Shown piece by piece: positions 26,992 to 36,007 of a stretch of 64,000 nt of DNA. This stretch comes from Candidatus Magasanikiibacteriota bacterium (GTDB taxonomy: Bacteria; Patescibacteriota; Patescibacteriia; Magasanikbacterales; GWA2-37-8). The DNA lies in the NCBI GenBank assembly GCA_963802255.1, contig CAWDHY010000002.1, positions 4,867-68,866 of the forward strand, in the 5' to 3' direction. Each line of letters begins with the position of its first letter. Positions within the stretch are counted from its first letter, which is position 1. A model generated the notes under the pieces. That model saw only the letters and a program-made list of their open reading frames with translations. It ran no database searches and was not told the DNA's origin. The translations under genes and the position numbers were made by a program.

Positions 26992-27999
26992 TTAACGGGT
27001 GGCCAAAATACTGCGCTTATAGCTATCAATATTTTCCAAAGCCGTACCAGTACCTTTCACAGCGCAAAACAACGGGTCTTCAGCCACATAAGTCGGTACG
27101 CCGGTTGTTTCAGTAATTAAATCAGACAAATGACGTAATTTTGCCGAACCGCCGGTTAGCACAATACCCTTGTCCATCACATCAGCCGATAACTCGGGCG
27201 GAGTTTCATGCAAAACGTCTTTAATCGCTTTCATTAATAATTCCAAATCATGTTGTAAAGCTTCTGTTACATCATCAGAAGTGACAGTGACAATGCGTGG
27301 CAGTCCGGAAACCATATCCTGGCCTTTTATTTCAGCAGTAATCGGTTTTCCTATAAACATGGCTGAACCGACGCTGGTTTTTATTTCTTCAGCTGTATGC
27401 ACACCAACAGCCAAATTATATTTGCGTCGGATAAATTCAGCGATGGCTTGGTCGAATTTATTTCCGCCGATTCTCACCGAACCGCTGGCCACAATTCCGC
27501 CGAGCGATATTACCGCAATTTCGGATGTACCTCCACCAACATCAATCACCATATGTCCGGAAGCGGCACCAATAGGGATGTCGGCACCAATGGCGGCGAC
27601 AAGAGGAGCCTTGATAAGATAAGCGGCTCGGGCGCCGGCGGCAATGGTTGCGTCAATTACGGCGCGCCGTTCTGTTGAAGTAATTCCGCTCGGCACTGCA
27701 ACCATTACTTCCGGCCTGAACAAATGCACGCCACCCAGAGCCTTGTTGATAAAATATCTAAGCATCGCTTCTGTGGTTTTGTAATTAGCAATTACTCCTT
27801 CCTTAAGCGGGTGCTCAGCTGAAATCGAATCCGGAGTGCGGCCAAGCATGTCTTTTGCTTCCAAACCGACGGCCAAAATTTTACCGTCTCCTTTTGAGAT
27901 GGCCACTACCGAAGGCTCGTTGATTACCACGCCTTTTTTAGGCACGTAAACACGCACATTATTCGTACCGAGATCTATGCCTACTTTTTTTATAAACAT
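26992..27999 (-). CDS. mreB: rod shape-determining protein MreB/Mbl
   Basis: GIDLGT, NEPSVVA, DVGGGTSE, TPPELSAD, LTGGSA. Confidence 0.95.
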   Translation of the reverse strand: MFIKKVGIDLGTNNVRVYVPKKGVVINEPSVVAISKGDGKILAVGLEAKDMLGRTPDSISAEHPLKEGVIANYKTTEAMLRYFINKALGGVHLFRPEVMVAVPSGITSTERRAVIDATIAAGARAAYLIKAPLVAAIGADIPIGAASGHMVIDVGGGTSEIAVISLGGIVASGSVRIGGNKFDQAIAEFIRRKYNLAVGVHTAEEIKTSVGSAMFIGKPITAEIKGQDMVSGLPRIVTVTSDDVTEALQHDLELLMKAIKDVLHETPPELSADVMDKGIVLTGGSAKLRHLSDLITETTGVPTYVAEDPLFCAVKGTGTALENIDSYKRSILATR

Positions 28000-28000
28000 A

Positions 28001-29488
28001 TTATTTAGTTCTTACTTCCACTTCAATATCTTTTTTAAGGCTAATACTTGTTTCATATTTATTATCACCGTGTCTTCCGGCCGGCTCTCCCGGAGAAGCA
28101 AACGCCAGACTATTGGCAAAATTCAATTTTAACGTCAATTTCACATTATTCGTTCCCAATTGCTTTTGCACGAGCAGACGATAATCATTTGCTTTCAACC
28201 TTTTCACAACTTCCGGAGATACATAAAATTCAAAAGATAACTCTCCCGTATGGCCCGGCTCAATGGAAATAAAAGTGCCGTACCACTGACGACCATTTTC
28301 AACACCTTGGTCGATAACGCCGGATTCAGAACTTTTGTCGGTTTTCATGGAACCGCTTGTTTTGATCAATTTACTTCCAATCGGTACGTAAACCCGCGCA
28401 TAGTCACGATATCTGGTTGTACGCCAGTCAAATTTGCCGCGATGATTAAATGTCATCTTCGCTTTTGCGACATATTCACCGTCACTTGTTTGATACAGCT
28501 CATAGGTAAGCTCTCTTTCAATCGCTACATCGGTTTTTAACGCTCCTAAGTTGGCATCGACCCACAGTAAATAGTCATAGCTGACTCCGGACATCTCACC
28601 GGCCCAATTTTTGCTTTCAAAAATTTGCTGAAAATCATTATTAGGCGAATATAGCATCATTTGTTTTTCAGCCAGCATTTTTTCGACCAATTCTTTATAT
28701 TCACCCCAGTGCATGAAGGCATTTTTTGCGGTATTAACAATTACCATTTTTGCCAAATCAACCAGCATTTTTTTACGCTGTTCAAATGGTACGTTACTCT
28801 TGGCAAAACCATACTCAACTTCATATTCCAATTTCTCGGTAAAATTATCCGCGGTAAATTCCATTCCATTTACCGTAATCGGTCCGGTTATGCGCAACAG
28901 GTCTTCAACTAAATTAGGTGTGAAACCAATGACCGCGTCAATATCTTCGGCCAATACGCCTTTTTCTTTTCGATAAAGATCAAGTGATTTTGCGGCGGAA
29001 ATCTTAAAATCAGGCGACCAGTTTGAGTCCCGGAAATACCAGCGGTCAAGACCAAGATACTCACGGATAGGTGCCGGCGGTTCGGATGGAAAATTCTTCG
29101 GAGACAAATTATCAAGCACTTCAGTACCCTCCACTTTTGCAATGTTTGGATTTGCCTTATCCATTGTTACAACCGCATAGGTTCCAATAAATCCGCCGCC
29201 GGGCCGGAGTTCAGTATTATTTAAAAACATTATCAAATATGTCTGCGGTTCGTTTAAGCCGAAAAATTCTTGAACAAAATTTGATGCGGCGGCGCTGGTT
29301 TGCGTGTTGGAGGACCCATCTTCCGGTGGTGTTGTGACGTCAATTGATAAAAACTGCTTTCCTATTTCTTTGATTACCGTCTGCTGTAAACCACCGGAAC
29401 GGTACCAGAAAAAAATAAAAGTACTGCCGGCAACAAACAGGGCCAGAATCGTTAACAATGCAATTTTTACAAACCTTTTGAATGTCAT
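28001..29488 (-). CDS. DUF4012 domain protein
   Basis: YLIMFLNNTELRPGGGFIG, RDSNWSPDF, Y.RVYVP.GS. Confidence 0.85.
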   Translation of the reverse strand: MTFKRFVKIALLTILALFVAGSTFIFFWYRSGGLQQTVIKEIGKQFLSIDVTTPPEDGSSNTQTSAAASNFVQEFFGLNEPQTYLIMFLNNTELRPGGGFIGTYAVVTMDKANPNIAKVEGTEVLDNLSPKNFPSEPPAPIREYLGLDRWYFRDSNWSPDFKISAAKSLDLYRKEKGVLAEDIDAVIGFTPNLVEDLLRITGPITVNGMEFTADNFTEKLEYEVEYGFAKSNVPFEQRKKMLVDLAKMVIVNTAKNAFMHWGEYKELVEKMLAEKQMMLYSPNNDFQQIFESKNWAGEMSGVSYDYLLWVDANLGALKTDVAIERELTYELYQTSDGEYVAKAKMTFNHRGKFDWRTTRYRDYARVYVPIGSKLIKTSGSMKTDKSSESGVIDQGVENGRQWYGTFISIEPGHTGELSFEFYVSPEVVKRLKANDYRLLVQKQLGTNNVKLTLKLNFANSLAFASPGEPAGRHGDNKYETSISLKKDIEVEVRTK

Positions 29489-29528
29489 ATTTACCCTGTT
29501 AAATTAACTGCCAAACATCTTAATTAAA

Positions 29529-31022
29529 TTATACCGCTGATCTCTTTTTTGCGGAAACGTTAAAACCGAGATATTTTCCAAACATTAAATGCGTAACGGC
29601 ATCAATACAAGGAATTGCTGAGAATACTATCAATGATACCGGCAATAACGCCCACTGCAAAATCATTATCAGATATTTATACCGCGAATGCCCCGCAGGA
29701 CGACGAGGTAATAAAAGCATGGATAAAATCGCCGAGATAAAAAGACCGAGCATGGCAATTGTCATCATTATTTCCAATACGTGGGGCGTGTTGAAAAACA
29801 ATGCGCTTTGTCTCACTTCTTCCTGCGCTACCCACAGAGGCAGACGGCCAAGCAAAGTGATAAGTATCGCCACCAAAGCCCAACTCCATTTTCCCTCCCA
29901 TTCGTGAAATATCATGGCAAATTTTCTCAACCGGCTGATTTGCGGAAATTTCTTCCATTGCCAAATCAGGTACGGCACATGCTCCACCCCCCATGCCCAG
30001 CGCCGTTGCTGATAATATAAATTTTTTAAACTTTTAAATAATTTATCATCACGCGCCGTATCCATAGAAACCGGAATGTATAAAGGCGTCACTTCATAAT
30101 CACCCTGATAATGAAACCAGCATTGATAAAAAATACGCGAATCTTCACTTACGATATCTTTGGCATGTCCGCCGCAATCTACAAGCGCCTTAAAGCTCAT
30201 GCTATGCGATGAAAATGTAACCATATTATCCAATCGTGCAAGAGAAAACATGGTCCAGAAAGTCGTGCCAAACGCCATAATACGCAAAACCGACGGCGAC
30301 TCCCAGAGATTGTTGTTGTATAAAGTGACAGGTTGAAAAGAGCTGTGGTCCGGCCTGGGATGCCGGCAATACATATAGTTTAAATGAGCAAAATACTGCG
30401 GATGAACAATCGTATCTACATCAAAAGCTGAAACAATAATATCGACATACTGCCACCCGCGCTGATCAGCGTATTTTTTAAACTCTTTTTCAATCCAATT
30501 TAGATGTGAACCTTTGCCGCGTATTTCACCCGGTAGTCCATCGGGGTGTTCATAAAAAATTAAATCAGCAAACTTGCTCCTGTATTCTTCTTGTACAGCG
30601 TCTCTGACTTTCACCCAATGGTCATGCTTTCTCGCTTCTCCGGAAATCACAATGTATATTTTTTCCGCCGGATAAGTTGAATTTAAAATCGCGTTTAAAG
30701 TTGTCGCCACCACTGAAAAACCTTCGTTTAAAAGCGGTAAAAAAATTACATTTTTTTTATTCTCCCAGTCCGGAAAATCATCTTTTAACTTTTTCAACCA
30801 ATCTGTTTTTAACGAGCGGCGGAACCTTCTCCATGACATTATGAGATAAAAAGAAAAATATACCACCCTCAACACCCAATATACATCAAAAACAATAATA
30901 AAATATATCATCCATAACGGCTTAACAAATGACAGTACTACCGCGAATATCAGAGTCAGCCAAATGCTTAATCCGGGGAGCATTTCAAATAAACGGTATT
31001 TGTTAAAATCGGAAACCAACAT
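29529..31022 (-). CDS. membrane GT2-family glycosyltransferase
   Basis: GKG, DVD, SED and QQRRW (QxxRW) motifs; N- and C-terminal TMs. Confidence 0.88.
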   Translation of the reverse strand: MLVSDFNKYRLFEMLPGLSIWLTLIFAVVLSFVKPLWMIYFIIVFDVYWVLRVVYFSFYLIMSWRRFRRSLKTDWLKKLKDDFPDWENKKNVIFLPLLNEGFSVVATTLNAILNSTYPAEKIYIVISGEARKHDHWVKVRDAVQEEYRSKFADLIFYEHPDGLPGEIRGKGSHLNWIEKEFKKYADQRGWQYVDIIVSAFDVDTIVHPQYFAHLNYMYCRHPRPDHSSFQPVTLYNNNLWESPSVLRIMAFGTTFWTMFSLARLDNMVTFSSHSMSFKALVDCGGHAKDIVSEDSRIFYQCWFHYQGDYEVTPLYIPVSMDTARDDKLFKSLKNLYYQQRRWAWGVEHVPYLIWQWKKFPQISRLRKFAMIFHEWEGKWSWALVAILITLLGRLPLWVAQEEVRQSALFFNTPHVLEIMMTIAMLGLFISAILSMLLLPRRPAGHSRYKYLIMILQWALLPVSLIVFSAIPCIDAVTHLMFGKYLGFNVSAKKRSAV

Positions 31023-31025
31023 AAT

Positions 31026-31403
31026 TTATTTTTTATTCTTACCGCCGATATGCGCTTCACCACTGTATTTTGCACTAATATAAACACCGGACTTAGCAGA
31101 TAAAAATTTCTTATCAGCCAACGATGTACTGGTGTCAGAAATGGCAACGACCGGTATATTAAGCGATAATGCCATAGCGTTCGCCACGGTGACGGCGATT
31201 CTTTCAGCTGTAAATCTGCCGGCTCCCACCACCACGGCGACTCCGGTAAGATCATCAATTTTCTTATTATTTTTTTTAAGAACGGCTTCCAAACATGCTA
31301 AAAGAGGTTTTTTACAGCTCGTTTCTTTTTTTACCCAATTATTTTTTTCTTTCAGATAAAAAATAATTTGCTCATTCCGGGAATTGTCAATGATTAATTT
31401 CAT
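31026..31403 (-). CDS. tsaB: short tRNA t6A biosynthesis protein TsaB
   Basis: MKLIIDNS; VVVGAGRFTAERIAVTVANAMA (G.GSFTG.R variant). Start set to 31403. Confidence 0.75.
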   Translation of the reverse strand: MKLIIDNSRNEQIIFYLKEKNNWVKKETSCKKPLLACLEAVLKKNNKKIDDLTGVAVVVGAGRFTAERIAVTVANAMALSLNIPVVAISDTSTSLADKKFLSAKSGVYISAKYSGEAHIGGKNKK

Positions 31404-31410
31404 AACAAAA

Positions 31411-32004
31411 TTAACTGACCAAACGGTATTCATCCACTGCGGTAATGTGTTTTGCTTCAAGCAGACCGTACAAAAACTTATCTCCTATTTCACGTCTGTC
31501 AGAAAATTCGCTATGAGACATCACCGTATAGCGCAATTCTCGGCAGATATTTTTTTCAAATTCGCGAACCAATTTAGCTACTACTGCCGGCTTCAATTCA
31601 CCGACTATAAGCATATCCGATTCAACATCTTTCGCTCCGGTAAAATATCCTGTTAAAATTAAAAACTTAATTTTGCCGGCACGTTTTTTTAATTGCTCCA
31701 CAAATTCTCGTTCCTCCAAAATCTGGACTTTAGAAATCAATTCCTTAATCTCCGGGTACAACATACTGTCGCTCTGCATGCGATAATATTTACACCTCTC
31801 CCCGCCTTCCGGATAATCTGACTTTAAAGTCGTGGGTGCGATAAGTCCTATTCGCTCTAAATTGGCGATCTCACGCCGAACGGCATTCATCTGGACACCA
31901 ATCAATCTGGCCAGTTCACGCACGTAATACGCTTTGTCAGGGTGAGCCAAAAAAAGCTGTAAAAGCTTTAATCTGGTTCTTGAACCAAAAATGTGTTCAA
32001 GCAT
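31411..32004 (-). CDS. ArsR-like wHTH fused to a nucleotidyltransferase-like domain
   Basis: FGSRTRLKLL, YVRELAR..NAVRREIANL; ILTGYF...SDMLIVG. Confidence 0.75.
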   Translation of the reverse strand: MLEHIFGSRTRLKLLQLFLAHPDKAYYVRELARLIGVQMNAVRREIANLERIGLIAPTTLKSDYPEGGERCKYYRMQSDSMLYPEIKELISKVQILEEREFVEQLKKRAGKIKFLILTGYFTGAKDVESDMLIVGELKPAVVAKLVREFEKNICRELRYTVMSHSEFSDRREIGDKFLYGLLEAKHITAVDEYRLVS

Positions 32005-32136
32005 ATATTTCTACTAATTCATTATATTTAACCAATTTATATCCATAAAACCGGCGTAATAAATATCCACTGTTTTATGGACGCCTTTTCGCATATATAG
32101 TATAATAAAAAAGGCTTATTTAGTCAAAGAGGTCTT

Positions 32137-34383
32137 ATGAACCCTGCACTCCAATTAAACGAGTTTTTTGTTGAAGGCGACAATCAGGAGCTTTCGCATG
32201 TTTTATTGCATATCATACAGCCTTCTACTCCGGAAGAGGAAAAAGAAAAAGGCTATTTTTTTGTTGCTTGTGAAATAAATAACGGAGACAAAGAGGATGT
32301 ATTTAACTTGCAGGCTCTTATGGACCGGGTGGAAAATGACTATTACGAGATTCCGAATGAGCCAAATAAAGATTCATTGGAGATAATATTAGATAAAATC
32401 AATCACGACAATTTCGCATTAAACAGCCCTGATTCCGAATTGCATTGTCTGGTGGGGGCATTGCGCGGCAATGAATTGGTATTTTCTTTCTGCGGCCGGC
32501 CGGAAGCGATTCTGTTCTACAAAAATAAATCCGGCCAATTCCAAAAAATGGATTTGGTGGCTGCCAACGAAGAAGACGCCGATGAGGAGAAGCTTTTTTC
32601 ACAAATAATTCAGGGTCACGTCAGCTCAGGCGATTATTTTTTTGCCGGCACTTCACATATAGCGAGCTGTTTCAACCACGACCGTCTTCAAAAAATTGTA
32701 ACCGGCGGAAGAACCACCGAACAAAGCGCCGAACACTTTGAAAAAGTGCTTGCCGGTATAAAAAACGGTTATTCATTTGGCGGTCTGATAATGCATTTCG
32801 AACCGGACGTAAATATAGAAAAGGCTGATAAGATTTCCAGAGTTGCGAGTGAAAATACGATATTTAACGCTGAACAAAAAACCGCGCGTACCCTATCCCC
32901 TTCCCTTTTTGACAATTTGAACAATAAAGTAAATGAATCGGAAGATGACGAAAATAAAGATTCTACTGAAGAACATGAAAAAACCGCGATTCAAATTGCA
33001 TCCGCTCACCTTAGACAAAGACCAGTAGTAAAAACAGCTGAACCTATCGGAGAAAAAATATTTGTCATCTTAAAAATCATCGGAAAAGGTTTGCGCTATA
33101 TCGGATATGGTATATATTATTTTTTCTTCATTTTAGCGAAACTGGTTATCAATTTCGGCAGATTGATTATAATGCTCTTTCTTGTGGCCACCAATATTCA
33201 GAACCGACGCCGGGCCATTCTTGAATCATGGGGAGACAGTATAAAAACGTTTAAAAAGCGAATCCATCAGTTGCCCCTAATTACGAAGATTTTAGCTATT
33301 GCGTCAGTTATTTTTGCCATTGTTTTTGTTGGAAGTGTTTTGTATCTTCAGGCGCAAAAAAATCAGGCGGAAGAAAATAGGACTTACCTTGAAGGTCTTC
33401 AACTGGTAAAAAATAAAACTGATGCGGCAGAAAGCGCACTGATATATGGGGATGAAAATAGTGCAAAACAGCAGGCAAATGACGCAAAAAATTTAATGGC
33501 TACATTTGCATGCCAACCAACTGATACGCAAATTTGTGACGAAATATCCGAGCGTTTGTCCGCTCTCTCACAAAAGCTAAGCCGAATGGATATTGTTGAT
33601 ACAGCTATTATAGTCGATTGGGGGGCGCTTGGATTTAACGTAAGCGAAAAAATTCTTAAGGTAGAAAGTAAAATTATCGGTTTTTCTTCAAATACCTCAA
33701 CTATCGCGGTATATGATCTCTTAACCAAAGAAAGTAAATTTATCACTGCGTCGGAAAATATTTTTAGCGGATTCATTGCCGGCGCCGTGCCGAAAGAAAA
33801 TGATTATGCGGTTCTTCTCGCTTCAGATAAAAAATCAATTGCAATATTTGATCCAAAAACTTCAACCGTAAAAAAAGGCGAAATCAGCTACAGCGGAAAT
33901 CCTGAAATTAAAGCATTACTCATTTATAACAGACGCTTATATTCTTTGGACACTTTATCAAATCAGATTTACCGGCACGACAATATTAAAGACGGCTTCG
34001 GACAAGGAAAAAACTGGCTACAGGAGGCCGGTACCAATGTCCGCGAGGGTGTGGATATTGCCATAGATGGAGACCTTTATGTTCTTAAGTCAACCGGAGA
34101 ACTTATGAAGTTTGCCCAAGGAATACCACAACTGCTGAATCTTGAAACGCCGGAACCGCCGCTTGATTCGGCAAATGAAATTTGGACTTACACCGATTTT
34201 AATAGTATTTATTTGCTCGATGCAAAAAATAAGAGGATAATTATCTATGATAAAACCGGCAAGTTTTTAAGGCAGATGACAGCCGATGATTTTACCGGCC
34301 CAACATCTTTTGTTGTTGAAGAAGCTAAAAAAGATATTTTTGCGCTTGACTCGAACAAAGTATTACTGATTGAATTGAAATAA
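32137..34383 (+). CDS. membrane protein: degenerate PP2C-like N-domain, TM region, C-terminal beta-propeller
   Basis: 748 aa with central hydrophobic helices and NHL-like blades (DIAIDGDLYVL, IYLLDAKNKRIIIYDKTGKF). Confidence 0.65.
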   Translation: MNPALQLNEFFVEGDNQELSHVLLHIIQPSTPEEEKEKGYFFVACEINNGDKEDVFNLQALMDRVENDYYEIPNEPNKDSLEIILDKINHDNFALNSPDSELHCLVGALRGNELVFSFCGRPEAILFYKNKSGQFQKMDLVAANEEDADEEKLFSQIIQGHVSSGDYFFAGTSHIASCFNHDRLQKIVTGGRTTEQSAEHFEKVLAGIKNGYSFGGLIMHFEPDVNIEKADKISRVASENTIFNAEQKTARTLSPSLFDNLNNKVNESEDDENKDSTEEHEKTAIQIASAHLRQRPVVKTAEPIGEKIFVILKIIGKGLRYIGYGIYYFFFILAKLVINFGRLIIMLFLVATNIQNRRRAILESWGDSIKTFKKRIHQLPLITKILAIASVIFAIVFVGSVLYLQAQKNQAEENRTYLEGLQLVKNKTDAAESALIYGDENSAKQQANDAKNLMATFACQPTDTQICDEISERLSALSQKLSRMDIVDTAIIVDWGALGFNVSEKILKVESKIIGFSSNTSTIAVYDLLTKESKFITASENIFSGFIAGAVPKENDYAVLLASDKKSIAIFDPKTSTVKKGEISYSGNPEIKALLIYNRRLYSLDTLSNQIYRHDNIKDGFGQGKNWLQEAGTNVREGVDIAIDGDLYVLKSTGELMKFAQGIPQLLNLETPEPPLDSANEIWTYTDFNSIYLLDAKNKRIIIYDKTGKFLRQMTADDFTGPTSFVVEEAKKDIFALDSNKVLLIELK

Positions 34384-34387
34384 TTTT

Positions 34388-34453
34388 AAAAAAAAATCCG
34401 CTTGCGGCGGATTGTGGTGAAAAAAATACTCAGCCCGGAAGCTGGGTATTTTT
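34388..34453. terminator. two adjacent hairpins between convergent genes
   Basis: AATCCGC/GCGGATT and AAAAATACTCAGC/GCTGGGTATTTTT. Confidence 0.7.
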
Positions 34454-35381
34454 ACATCCAATTTTTCTTTTTAAAAATTGCCACCATCGTTATAACTTCC
34501 AAAGCCATCAAGCCGCAAATAATCCAAAAACCGTAAGGCAAATCAACAAAAGGCCGACCATTGGCATCTATGGCAAATATGGTAGCAATCAAGGTTAGAG
34601 GAAAAGTGATTACTGAAATAATAGTCAATGTCTTCATTACGTCGTTTGTGCGCAAGGAAAGAATCGACTCGTTGGTTTCGTGCAAAGCATTTATGCTTTC
34701 TTTTTGACTTTCAAGCATGTGCCAAATTTCATTTGTGAACTCCCGTAAATTATTTATGTAATTTTGATAATTCATCAAATCCAGCTCTCTGCCGCTGTAC
34801 ATAATAAGCCGTTCAAGAACGGTGCGGTGTCCCTGCATGGTACGCCGAAAAGTGACAATATTGGTTTTTAATCTAAGAATCTCCTCGGCCATTTCACGGC
34901 CGCTAATTTTTCCAAACAGCTTTTTATCTACCGCATTAATATCTTCATTTACATGAAGAAGTATCGGAAATATCGCATCGAGCAGACGGCTTAATAATTC
35001 AAAAAGGATATGGACTGATGTACCCTGAAAAAAGTCTTTTCTGCGTTCAGGGTATTTTTTACATTCATTAAAAAATTGCTCAAGTATCGGCAGTTGAGAA
35101 TCGTGTGCCGTAATCAGACAATTTGCACTAAGAAAAAAATCGACTTCAGTAAAACCAAGACGCATGGTATCGCGGTTAAACACCGGAAAATGCAAAACCA
35201 TGAAATAATAATTGGGCCGTTTTATAATTTTAGCCCGCTGATAAGGAGGCAAGCTTTCTTTAATGTCCTGATCCGCTAAACCAAAACGTTTCTGGATCTG
35301 ACCTAAATCCTTTACGGTTTGCTTCGCGACATTGACCCAAAGAAGGCCATTCTGTTCAATTTCTCTGATATGTTGTTGCAT
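34452..35381 (-). CDS. corA: CorA-family Mg2+/divalent cation transporter
   Basis: NDVMKTLTIISVITFPLTLIATIF, two C-terminal TMs, KKKNWM. Signature GMN reads AID. Confidence 0.85.
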   Translation of the reverse strand: MQQHIREIEQNGLLWVNVAKQTVKDLGQIQKRFGLADQDIKESLPPYQRAKIIKRPNYYFMVLHFPVFNRDTMRLGFTEVDFFLSANCLITAHDSQLPILEQFFNECKKYPERRKDFFQGTSVHILFELLSRLLDAIFPILLHVNEDINAVDKKLFGKISGREMAEEILRLKTNIVTFRRTMQGHRTVLERLIMYSGRELDLMNYQNYINNLREFTNEIWHMLESQKESINALHETNESILSLRTNDVMKTLTIISVITFPLTLIATIFAIDANGRPFVDLPYGFWIICGLMALEVITMVAIFKKKNWM

Positions 35382-35474
35382 AATGCAATTATTATATCAT
35401 ATTTTTATTGTCAAGCAAAATACCCTCAAATATGATTGTCTGGGGATAGATTATTGTGATATAATAATGTTGAT

Positions 35475-35999
35475 ATGAATCAAAATATAGCTGAAAAAAA
35501 CCTAACCCCGGGCCCAGAACCGGAGAATTTGTTAAAGCGTTCAGAAACGCCCGCTATTCATATGGAAGAAGAACCGTTAAAAGAGGCGGTTGAGGAACAG
35601 GAAAGTCTGGAAGAAATAAAGCAAACTGAAATAAAAGAAGGAGGAATTTTACCAAAACCTAAACAGCGCCGCCGAACATCTGTCACTCCGCCCACCCCTC
35701 GTGATGCGCTTACTGTCCAAGTTGAGGGTATTCTTGCCGCGGGGTTGAAAGATACTTATGAAAAATTACCGCCGATCGCCCAGCAGGAGTTTAAACTCAA
35801 GGGAGAAGAAACCGCTGGAAAAATCCGCGAGCTATTACGGTCAACCAAGATAAAAGTAAAAAAAATATTCCGCTTAATAATTGAATGGCTGATGCTTTTA
35901 CCAAGTGTAAATCATTTTTTTCTTGAACAGGAAGCAAAAATTAAAACCGATAAAATTATTGAACTTAAAAAGCTCGACAATGAAGGACCCCATAAATAA
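35475..35999 (+). CDS. hypothetical protein
   Basis: 174-aa ORF with promoter TGATATAAT upstream; 8 nt before the ATPase gene. Confidence 0.75.
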   Translation: MNQNIAEKNLTPGPEPENLLKRSETPAIHMEEEPLKEAVEEQESLEEIKQTEIKEGGILPKPKQRRRTSVTPPTPRDALTVQVEGILAAGLKDTYEKLPPIAQQEFKLKGEETAGKIRELLRSTKIKVKKIFRLIIEWLMLLPSVNHFFLEQEAKIKTDKIIELKKLDNEGPHK

Positions 36000-36007
36000 A
36001 TAACATT

